Assembly: GCA_022750415.1 (NCBI GenBank)
Contig: JAKIVT010000002.1
Location: forward strand, 2,754-66,753
Origin: Thermoplasmata archaeon
GTDB taxonomy: Archaea > Thermoplasmatota > Thermoplasmata > Lutacidiplasmatales > UBA184
Direction of reading: 5' to 3'
DNA: 64,000 nt
In this document: in pieces, positions 10,122 through 17,650 of the stretch
Position numbering within the stretch: position 1 is the stretch's first letter
How the letters are laid out: the number at the start of each line of letters is the position of its first letter
Notes under the pieces: model-generated
The model's input: the letters and a program-made list of their open reading frames with translations, nothing else
Database searches by the model: none
Told to the model about the DNA's origin: nothing
Program-made: the position numbers and the translations under genes

Positions 10122-10424
10122 TCAGGCGGGGGCCACGCCACCGGTCTGGCAGCTCGGGCAAACCCCGGTGACCGTGAGGGTGACGCCCTCCGCCGTCCAA
10201 CCGTCCGGCCGCCGGTCCGGGAACGCTTCGAGGTTCGGGCCGTCGGCGATTGCGAGGGCGAGGCGGACGATCCGTCCGCATCCGCGGCAGACCGCGTGGC
10301 CGGTCGGAGGGGCGCGCAATCGGGCCGGCCCAGGGGCCGGGGGTACCCACGCCGACTTCGGGGGCGCGTGGCGGGCCCGGACGGACTTGGCGCGGGGACG
10401 CGACTTCCGGGTGGGTTTCGCCAT
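10122..10424 (-). CDS. small Zn-binding protein resembling the Fur C-terminal dimerisation domain
   Basis: HAVCRGCGRIV...LTVTGVCPSCQ; basic, low-complexity N-terminus. Confidence 0.6.
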   Translation of the reverse strand: MAKPTRKSRPRAKSVRARHAPPKSAWVPPAPGPARLRAPPTGHAVCRGCGRIVRLALAIADGPNLEAFPDRRPDGWTAEGVTLTVTGVCPSCQTGGVAPA

Positions 10425-10524
10425 CTCGGTCGGGCACCCTCGCCCTCCTATTTGGTGGTCTCGACGTCACCCGCCGCGACACCGCTAAGGCGCGAGCGAA
10501 GCTCCTCCGGACCCGGAGTGGACG

Positions 10525-10890
10525 ATGGCGGACTCGAAACCGGTGCGGCTCACCCTGGTCGCGGCAACCTGGTGCCCGCATTGCCATCCGTTGTCGATCG
10601 AGCCGACCCACCGGCTCGCGAAGCTCCTCGGGGTCCCGGCTCGGATCCTCGACATCGACATGCCGAGCCAGGAGGACGAGGCCGACCGGCTGGTCCGGGA
10701 GTTCGGTACGTGGGACGACGACTACGTGATTCCCCAAGTATTCCTCGAATGGAGCGACGGCTCGGCCCAGCCGGTCCTCGTCGCCCACCGGGGTTCTCCG
10801 ACGAGCGTGACGCGCGCGATGTGGGAGCAGCTGTTCGTCGACCCGGGCCAACTCCTGGCCCGCGGGAGCGGGTCCTCCGCACGACGGTGA
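10525..10890 (+). CDS. thioredoxin/glutaredoxin-fold protein
   Basis: ATWCPHC active site, followed by the cis-Pro motif YVIPQVF. Confidence 0.8.
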   Translation: MADSKPVRLTLVAATWCPHCHPLSIEPTHRLAKLLGVPARILDIDMPSQEDEADRLVREFGTWDDDYVIPQVFLEWSDGSAQPVLVAHRGSPTSVTRAMWEQLFVDPGQLLARGSGSSARR

Positions 10891-10972
10891 ACTCGTCGCC
10901 GGCGTCCGGTGTGACCCGGGACTGGTTCGACCAGAAGCTGGGGCAGGTGGCCCCCCGTTCGGGGGATGGGAC

Positions 10973-11260
10973 CTACCGGGAGGCCGTCCAGACGATGGCG
11001 CCGAGACCGGTCGCCTCGCACAATCCGATCCCGAACAGGAACGGGGCGAACGAGTCGGGAATGAGCGGCATGGCGGCGAGATACGAGTACACGGTGAGCC
11101 CGCTCTGGACGACGAACGCCCCGGCGAAGACCAGGAGGGCAAGGCCGAATCCGGTGCGAGTGTGGGCGTACAACCGCCGGTAGAGGACGAACAGTCCCCC
11201 GGCGAGGACGATGCTGATCAGTCCCAGAGCGACGCTCGCCTCCATCAGGAGGTCGGTCAT
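10973..11260 (-). CDS. small 3-TM membrane protein coupled to a wHTH regulator
   Basis: Three hydrophobic helices; ATG overlaps the stop of the upstream wHTH gene. Confidence 0.75.
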   Translation of the reverse strand: MTDLLMEASVALGLISIVLAGGLFVLYRRLYAHTRTGFGLALLVFAGAFVVQSGLTVYSYLAAMPLIPDSFAPFLFGIGLCEATGLGAIVWTASR

Positions 11261-11610
11261 CGGGGGGCTCCTCCGGTCGCGGACCGACCGGACTTCCGGG
11301 CAAACCGGGACCCCGACGGCCGGCCGGGCGCCCGCTCCGACTCGACGACCGTTTCGAGGTAGGCGGCCGTCGAAGCGGCGATCTCGTACGGCGAGGCGTA
11401 CGCGTCCCCGACCGGTCGGGTCACCGCCCCGCTCTGCTCCAAGAGACGGAGGTGGTGGCGGACCGTTCGGTAATCGAGCGCGAGCGACTCGGACAACTGG
11501 TGGGCGTTGGCGGGGGTGCGAAGGAGTTCGTCCAGGATCCGCCGCCGGTTCGGCCCCCCGCGGGTGCCGAACAGGACGTACCACATCAGCGAGCGGAAGC
11601 CGGGGGTCAT
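11257..11610 (-). CDS. ArsR-like winged-helix regulator (archaeal WYVL.GTRGG.NR type)
   Basis: WYVLFGTRGGPNRRRIL..L...PANAHQLS..L.LDYRTVRHHL..L. Confidence 0.88.
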   Translation of the reverse strand: MTPGFRSLMWYVLFGTRGGPNRRRILDELLRTPANAHQLSESLALDYRTVRHHLRLLEQSGAVTRPVGDAYASPYEIAASTAAYLETVVESERAPGRPSGSRFARKSGRSATGGAPR

Positions 11611-11680
11611 GGGGACCCCCGTGCGAGGGGCCCGCCCCTTATCAGGCGGACCCCCAAATTCGGCCGCCGCGGAACCGTCC

Positions 11681-12832
11681 TCAGAACGCCGCCAACCCCT
11701 CCGCGGTCGCCGGCAGGTGGAAGACGGCGGTGAGGAGGGTCAGGCCCCCCATCGAGCCGACGTGGAACTCTTCGATCTCCCCCGCCCCGGCGTCGTAGAC
11801 GAACAGGTACTGGTTGTGGGTCCCGCCGAGCGCGAGGTCCGTGTCCGCCGCGCCCGTGGTGGCGGCGACCGGCGCGAGGAGCGTCAGCGTGCCCCCGGTG
11901 CCGACGGTGTACGACGAGATCGTGCTGCTGTGCGCGTTGGAGGTGTACGCAATCCGGCCCCCGTGCGCTACGACCACCCAGCAGGCGGCCGTCCCGTTGT
12001 CGGCGATGGCACCGCTGACGACACTGACCGCTCCCGAGTTCGCGAGGGTGTACGAGGAGAGGGCCCCTGGCCCGGCGTCGCTCACGATGAGCGAACCGCC
12101 CTGGCCGAACGCAAAGCCGTACGGCGTCGAGCCGTTGGAGCTCGTCACCGTCGGAGCCTGCGCGACCCCCCGAATGTTGACCGGGTAGGTGTCGAGGTTG
12201 CTCGTCGCCTTCTCGGTGACGACCAGGACGGTGCCGGCGGGGTTGAACGATACCTGGGCGGGGCCCGTCGGAGCCGTCGAGCTGAGCGGCTGGCTCGACC
12301 CGCGGAGCGGGAACAGCCAACCGTGGTCGGCGAGGAGGAACCCGGCGATGTTCCCCGGGGTCGTCGCGTTCCCGGCGTTGAGGACGTAGACGATCCGGTC
12401 GTGGACGGTCACGCTGACCGGTTCGACACCGCGGGAGCCCGCGTGGCCGATGTAGGAGAGGAGCGGGCTACCGGTTCCCGGTCCGTGGACCTGGAACACG
12501 GTGAGCGTATTGCTCCCCGCGTTCACGACCAGGAGAAACCGGTGGTCGGCCGTCAGCGTCAGAGCCCCCTGGTCGGCGAGGCTGACCCCGGTTCCCTTCC
12601 CGTGGGTGGAAAAGTGACCGTCGGGGATCAGGGCCCCACCCTTCCCGATGTGGTAGGCGATCACGACGTTGCCGGAGACGGCGTTCGTCATCGTGAACAC
12701 GGCTCCCCCGGCACCGGCCGGGGCGGCCGACAGGGCGGTCGAGTTCGGCGATTGGGCGGCGGCGACGGTCGGCACCAGCAGCAGTAGGGCGGCCGCTACC
12801 GGGATCAGCCAGAGGGGGCTCGGTCGTTTCAT
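11681..12832 (-). CDS. secreted lactonase-family 7-bladed beta-propeller
   Basis: Signal peptide; AVFTMTNA, FLLVVNAGSN, PVSVT, GPAQVSF.P.G, TPYGFAF, ACWV. Confidence 0.85.
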   Translation of the reverse strand: MKRPSPLWLIPVAAALLLLVPTVAAAQSPNSTALSAAPAGAGGAVFTMTNAVSGNVVIAYHIGKGGALIPDGHFSTHGKGTGVSLADQGALTLTADHRFLLVVNAGSNTLTVFQVHGPGTGSPLLSYIGHAGSRGVEPVSVTVHDRIVYVLNAGNATTPGNIAGFLLADHGWLFPLRGSSQPLSSTAPTGPAQVSFNPAGTVLVVTEKATSNLDTYPVNIRGVAQAPTVTSSNGSTPYGFAFGQGGSLIVSDAGPGALSSYTLANSGAVSVVSGAIADNGTAACWVVVAHGGRIAYTSNAHSSTISSYTVGTGGTLTLLAPVAATTGAADTDLALGGTHNQYLFVYDAGAGEIEEFHVGSMGGLTLLTAVFHLPATAEGLAAF

Positions 12833-12986
12833 GGTGGGCGCCCATCGGGAGCGCGCGGGATAGAGCTCGGCCGGATTGGGCCCCCAATCGGACCCGAATT
12901 CGGTCCGAATCCCACCTCACTTCCGCCCCAATTCGACCGATAGGCCCCCCGGAGCACCCGAACGAGACACCGCTCCGGCGCCCTAC

Positions 12987-13010
12987 AGAACTTACCTTGG
13001 AGTAAGTTCT
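12987..13010. promoter_or_regulatory. perfect inverted repeat AGAACTTAC-N6-GTAAGTTCT; likely operator of the MNT-HEPN operon
   Basis: Seen directly, 36 bp upstream of the antitoxin ATG. Confidence 0.65.
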
Positions 13011-13046
13011 ATACAGCCTTGCTGACGTGACCTATCGGAAGGATCG

Positions 13047-13484
13047 ATGAAGGCGGTTCGACTCCCGACGCTGCGGTGCTACCGTTGCGTCTACGCCTGG
13101 ACGCCGGCGCACAGTCCCGTGCGGCTTTGCCCTCGGTGCAAGTCCCATCTCTGGGACGTGCCGAAGATCCGGCGGGTCCGACTCGGCCGGGGCCTCGGCA
13201 TAGACGAGATCCTGGTACCCCACCGGGCGGGGATTCTCCGCCTGGCGCGAACGCACGGTGCCCGGCGGGTTCGCGTCTACGGCTCGGTGCGTCGACGGGA
13301 GGCAGATTCTCGGAGCGACGTGGACCTGCTGGTGGACTGGAACCGGACCGCTCCGCCGCTCGCGGGTCTCCGGCTGGAGATTGCCCTCCAGGAACTGTTG
13401 GGTCGGGACGTCAGCGTGGCCGAGGAGGCCACCCTCCCCTGGTGGTTCCGGCCCCAGGTTCTCGCCGAGGCAGTCGAATGGTGA
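13047..13484 (+). CDS. MNT (minimal nucleotidyltransferase) antitoxin with N-terminal zinc ribbon
   Basis: RVYGSVRR.EA...SDVDLLVD...LQELLGRDV; N-terminal CYRC..W...CPRCKS.LW. Confidence 0.88.
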   Translation: MKAVRLPTLRCYRCVYAWTPAHSPVRLCPRCKSHLWDVPKIRRVRLGRGLGIDEILVPHRAGILRLARTHGARRVRVYGSVRRREADSRSDVDLLVDWNRTAPPLAGLRLEIALQELLGRDVSVAEEATLPWWFRPQVLAEAVEW

Positions 13485-13852
13485 GGGAGAAGCGTCGGGT
13501 GGACCGGGAGCTGACGTTCCTGATGCTGAAGGCGGCTTCCGACGCGGAGGAGTACGTCGCGCTCCGTCGGGAGGCGTATCTCGCCAACGACCGGCTCGGG
13601 CGGTTCGCCCGTCGGGGACTCCGAAATTGCATTTTCGAGTTCTGCGAGTCCGCTTCCCGGCTCAGCGCCGCGTTTCGAGCGGCCAACGACCTTCCATGGG
13701 GGGAGCTCCTCCAGATGCGACAGGACCTGGGGCACGACTACCCAGAGGTGCCGGCCGAGCGGGCCGAGGAGTTCGCCCGCCTTTCGATGATCCCCGCGGC
13801 CCGCCGACTCCGAAGGGCCCGGTTTCCGAAGTCCCCGGACGCCCCGAAGTAG
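13478..13852 (+). CDS. HEPN (DUF86/HepT-like) RNase toxin
   Basis: LPW..L.QMRQDLGHDY fits Rx4HxY; overlaps the MNT stop. Confidence 0.75.
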   Translation: MVREKRRVDRELTFLMLKAASDAEEYVALRREAYLANDRLGRFARRGLRNCIFEFCESASRLSAAFRAANDLPWGELLQMRQDLGHDYPEVPAERAEEFARLSMIPAARRLRRARFPKSPDAPK

Positions 13853-13959
13853 CCGGCGTCCACCGTCCCCTTCCACCGGGTGGTGGGGGTCCCGGTCGAA
13901 CCGAACGGTCTTAGGGCGCGGACGGCTCGCACCGTCGGGGACGTCCCTCCCGACATCGA

Positions 13960-14373
13960 ATGAGTACGACCACCGCCCCACCGCAGGAAGTTCGCTCGAC
14001 GGGCGCCGGGCCGGCCCCCCTGACCAAGGTCGGGAGCGCCTTCCTCGAGGCGCTCGGCGACGAGCAGACCCGGGCGATCCTCCTCGCCCTGGACTTGGAG
14101 GAACTCGACGTGCACGAACTGGTGTTGCGGACGGGACTGCCCCAAAGCTCCGTCTACCGCAAGCTCCACGATCTCGAGGAAGCCGAACTGGTCCGGATCG
14201 TCCGGTACGCTTTCACCCCCGAGGGCCGGAAGGTCGAGATATACCGGAGCCGATTGCGGGAGGTCCGGGTCCATTTGGGGAACGGCCGTGTCCGCCTCGA
14301 GATGATCCCCCGCGAGGATTCGGCCGACCGACTCGGTTCGATGTGGGAAGAGGTGCAGGTGCGGAGGCCATGA
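13960..14373 (+). CDS. ArsR-like winged-helix regulator
   Basis: LEALGDEQTRAIL......VHEL....GLPQSSVYRKLHDLEEA.LV......GRK..IY. Confidence 0.85.
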   Translation: MSTTTAPPQEVRSTGAGPAPLTKVGSAFLEALGDEQTRAILLALDLEELDVHELVLRTGLPQSSVYRKLHDLEEAELVRIVRYAFTPEGRKVEIYRSRLREVRVHLGNGRVRLEMIPREDSADRLGSMWEEVQVRRP

Positions 14374-14651
14374 CCGACCTCATCTGGGTGCTCCGGGGGC
14401 TCGAGGGACTCGTCCTCGTCGTCGGCGCCGCAATCGCCTACAACAGCTTCGTCGCCTACCGACGGACCCGCCGCCGCTCGTTGCTCTACCTGGGGCTCGG
14501 GTTCTTCCTCGTCTCCGTCGCGGCCGCCGTCGCGGGAGTGCTGTACGAGTTCCTCTCGCAGGACCTTTTGACCGCGTGGATCGCGAGCGCCGGGTTCGAC
14601 TCGGCCGGTTTCCTGGTAATCCTCTATTCGATCGTCCGGCCCTCCGAGTGA
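14370..14651 (+). CDS. small 3-TM membrane protein coupled to a wHTH regulator
   Basis: ATGA overlap; IAYNSFVAYRRTRRRSLLYLGLGF...GFLVILYSI. Confidence 0.8.
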   Translation: MTDLIWVLRGLEGLVLVVGAAIAYNSFVAYRRTRRRSLLYLGLGFFLVSVAAAVAGVLYEFLSQDLLTAWIASAGFDSAGFLVILYSIVRPSE

Positions 14652-14693
14652 CCCGCCCGAAGGCGCTCCCCGGAGGGCGGGCTGGAACGGGGC

Positions 14694-15278
14694 CTACCCT
14701 GTCACCGTGATGATCCCGGCCATCAGGCCGGGAGTCATCATGGACCCCGGATCGCACGGGGCCATGCAGTTCCAGGAGTACGCCCCGGTCGTGTTGAAGT
14801 ACGCCCCGAAGTCGACGGTCGTGGGCTCCGCCAAATTCGCGGACGCCGGAATGGCGACGTTCAGGTTGTACGGCGCCTGGGCGATGGTGAACGTGTGGCC
14901 GATCTGGGCCATCGGTACGGAGGAGACCGACTCGGCGGAGCTGGCCCCGAAGTAGGTCACCTGGTCGGAACCGCCGACCGTGCCGACGGTGTCCGCGTAG
15001 ACGGGGGCGACGGCGTTGGTCCCGTTGTCGTAGTTCGTGATGGTGAAGATGATGAGGGTGTGGGCGGGGAGGCTGACGTTGGCGGGGAAGTACTGGTCCA
15101 TCCCGGTGGCGGGGTTGAACGCGATCGTCAGGTAGATGTGGTCGGGCCCGGCGGAAGGAGCCGCCGTCGGACCGGGCGTGCCGGTGTTGGAGCCGAGCCC
15201 GAGCCCGATGAGAAACGCGAGGACGACGGTGGCGGCCAAGGCGATCGCGACGGTGTTGAACCAATTCTGGTCGGACAT
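14694..15278 (-). CDS. membrane-anchored cupredoxin (sulfocyanin/rusticyanin-like fold)
   Basis: N-terminal TM; PANVSLPAHT.I.FTITNYD, GHTFTI, GAYSWNCMAPC...M...GLMAGIITV. Confidence 0.72.
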   Translation of the reverse strand: MSDQNWFNTVAIALAATVVLAFLIGLGLGSNTGTPGPTAAPSAGPDHIYLTIAFNPATGMDQYFPANVSLPAHTLIIFTITNYDNGTNAVAPVYADTVGTVGGSDQVTYFGASSAESVSSVPMAQIGHTFTIAQAPYNLNVAIPASANLAEPTTVDFGAYFNTTGAYSWNCMAPCDPGSMMTPGLMAGIITVTG

Positions 15279-15465
15279 GGTCTTCCTACGTTCTAGATCA
15301 TGGGTCGCGGGTCCATGCCGCTAACGGAATTTCTTCGACCCGGTTCTCAGATGCTGGAACGGAGCCGACCGGTTCGGCCGGGGGTCCCGGCGGCCGGACT
15401 CACTCGGGCGGAGCGGCAAGCCATCGGGAGACCCTCGGCAGCCTCGCACGCCCGGTGGCCCAGAT

Positions 15466-15954
15466 TCAGTGGTCCAGCGCCAGGTACCTCCCGGCGCCTC
15501 CGAGGAACAGGACCACTGAGATCAGCATGTACAAGGGGTGAGGCCCCACGTCGGTTCCGCCCGGGATGTTGAACGTCGAGCCGACTTGGGTAACGAGAAA
15601 CACCGCCGAGAAGAGGAATCCCACGAGGCACGCGAACCGGGTGGTCGCCCCGAGCAGAAACGCGAGCGCCAGGTAGGCGGTGACGAGGGCGACGACCCAC
15701 GCGAAGACGCTGGCGTGGGCGGCCACCCAATCGGGGAGCGCGCTCCCCCCGTACGTCGTCGGCGCGTACGATTGCGCCGTGCTCTGGAACGTTCCGAAGA
15801 ATTGGTTCTCCGGGTCGATGACGAACAGGAGGTTCAGAACCCAGATGACGCCCATTCCGACGCGCAGGAGCTCGATCGACATCCCTTCGGGATGCCGTCG
15901 CCACAGCTCGCGGAGACGGGCCGGCCAATGGGCCGGGGACCCCTCGCTACGCAA
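15466..15954 (-). CDS. DoxX/DoxD (TQO small-subunit-like) membrane protein
   Basis: LLRVGMGVIW, LLGATTRFA, GGTDVGP..LY, LALD; paralogous to 16916..17527; start uncertain (TTG 15954 or ATG 15882). Confidence 0.65.
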   Translation of the reverse strand: MRSEGSPAHWPARLRELWRRHPEGMSIELLRVGMGVIWVLNLLFVIDPENQFFGTFQSTAQSYAPTTYGGSALPDWVAAHASVFAWVVALVTAYLALAFLLGATTRFACLVGFLFSAVFLVTQVGSTFNIPGGTDVGPHPLYMLISVVLFLGGAGRYLALDH

Positions 15955-16747
15955 CGAGGTAGCCCCCATCCACAACGAGCACCGCACCGGTAACGTAGTC
16001 GGAGGCGCGGGAAGCGAGGAACAGCGTCGCGCGGGCGATGTCGTCCGGTTCCCCCATCCGGCCGAGCGGGATGTGCTGGAGGAACCCCCGGGTGAACGTA
16101 TCCACGGAGGCGCCGGTCGCGCGGAGGACGTCGGCCGAGACCGCTCCCGCGCCGGGGGTGTTGATCCCCCCGGGGGCGACGGCGTTCACCCGGATCTTCA
16201 ATCCGCCCCACTCGGCGGCCAGGGACCGGGTCAACATGGCCAACCCGCCCTTGGAGGCGTCGTAGTGCGCGAGGTTGCCCGACGGATGGAACGAGTCGAT
16301 CGACGCGATGTTCACGATCGCTCCCCCATTCCCGGTGGCCCGCATCGACCGGGCCGCCGCCCGGGCGAACAGGAACGCGCCCCGGAGGTTGATCGCGAGC
16401 ACCCGGTCCCAGAGCTCCACCGGGGTGAGATCGGCGGGCGAGAACGGGAAGACCCCGGCGTTGTTGACCAGAATCCGAACGCCGCCCATTCGACGCACCG
16501 TCTCCGCGATGGCCCGGTCCGGGTCCGTGGGGCTCCCCGCGTCGGCCTCCACCGCGTCGGCGGTGCCTCCGGTCGCCACGATCTGGGCGACGACCCGCCG
16601 GGCGGCGTCGAGATTGACGTCGGCGATCATCACACGGGCCCCGGCCGCCGCGAGTCAGAGCGCGATCGCTTCGCCGATCCCCATGGCGCCGCCGGTCACC
16701 ACGGCCACCTGGCCGTGCAGGTCGAACAGTTCCGCCGCCGTCGGCAT
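15947..16747 (-). pseudogene. SDR-family oxidoreductase interrupted by an in-frame TGA at 16655-16657
   Basis: VTGGAMGIGEAIAL*LAAAGARVMIAD in one frame; NNAG, YDASKGG and VNAVAPG are intact. Confidence 0.8.
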
Positions 16748-16915
16748 CGGCCCGCGGATTCCACCGGATTCCATCGCCATCGTGTCCACCTTCCCGTGGC
16801 CTACGAGCGGGAATCGAATATCCGAGTCTGGGAGTTTCTTCGGACCGGTTCCCAGATTCAAGATTTCCCGTAGGTTCTTCTACCCCGACTCCCCCCGGTC
16901 GTCTTGGGAAAGTCG

Positions 16916-17527
16916 ATGACCGAAACGAAGGTAGCACTGGCCGAGAACTCGACGTGGTGGGTGCAGCACGCCCAGTCGCTGAAGACGGTGTTCCGGCTCC
17001 TCCTCGGCATTGCGTGGCTGACGGCTGGGGTCCTCAAGTTCACCTCCGGATTCGTGGACAACTTCGTGAACTCCGTCCAGGCGTCTCAGTCGAACGCCCC
17101 GGGCTGGCTTTCCGGCTGGTTCAACTTCTGGGCCGCGCAGGCCACGGCCAACCCGACGCTCATCGTCTACACGGTCGGGGCCCTCGAGGTGGCGCTCGGC
17201 CTCGCGCTCCTTCTCGGCCTGATGCGGAAGGTCGCCTACCTCGGCGGTGTCGTACTCGCCTTGTTGATCTGGGCGGTCCCCGAAGGGTTCGGCGGCCCGT
17301 ACCAATCCGGTGCCGGGGGCACGGACATCGGGACGGGGGTCATCTACGCGATCGCGTTCCTCGGCCTGATCGTGATCAACGCGACCTACGGACCGAGCCG
17401 CTTCAGCCTCGACGCCGTCATCGAGCGGCGCTTCCCGGCGTGGGCCCGCATCGCGGAGTTCGGACCGTTCGCCGCGAAAGCGCCCGGCGGAGGGACCGGC
17501 ACGGAGTCGACCGCGCCGGCGCCCTAG
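16916..17527 (+). CDS. DoxX/DoxD (thiosulfate:quinone oxidoreductase small-subunit-like) membrane protein
   Basis: FRLLLGIAWLTAGVLKF, ALLLGLMRK, IWAVPEGFGGPY...GTDIG.G.IY, SLD. Confidence 0.75.
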   Translation: MTETKVALAENSTWWVQHAQSLKTVFRLLLGIAWLTAGVLKFTSGFVDNFVNSVQASQSNAPGWLSGWFNFWAAQATANPTLIVYTVGALEVALGLALLLGLMRKVAYLGGVVLALLIWAVPEGFGGPYQSGAGGTDIGTGVIYAIAFLGLIVINATYGPSRFSLDAVIERRFPAWARIAEFGPFAAKAPGGGTGTESTAPAP

Positions 17528-17650
17528 CCAGCGAGGCCCTCCGACCGTGGTCGGTTCCGCGCCCCCCGATCCGGGATTCGAACCCCGGGAGCGGAGTCGC
17601 TCGCCGGCCGAGCGGACCCTGGCGGTCGCGCCTCGGACGGTCGAGGACGC

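Noticed and set aside
12871-12912. Nested short inverted repeats upstream of the lactonase (CCGGATTGGGCCCCCAATCGG; GGACCCGAATTCGGTCC) as a mobile repeat
   Set aside because: Single occurrence; more likely an operator or promoter structure.
16655-16657. Selenocysteine or genome-wide TGA recoding
   Set aside because: The position is non-catalytic and Arg-like, many genes here terminate at TGA, and only one case was seen.
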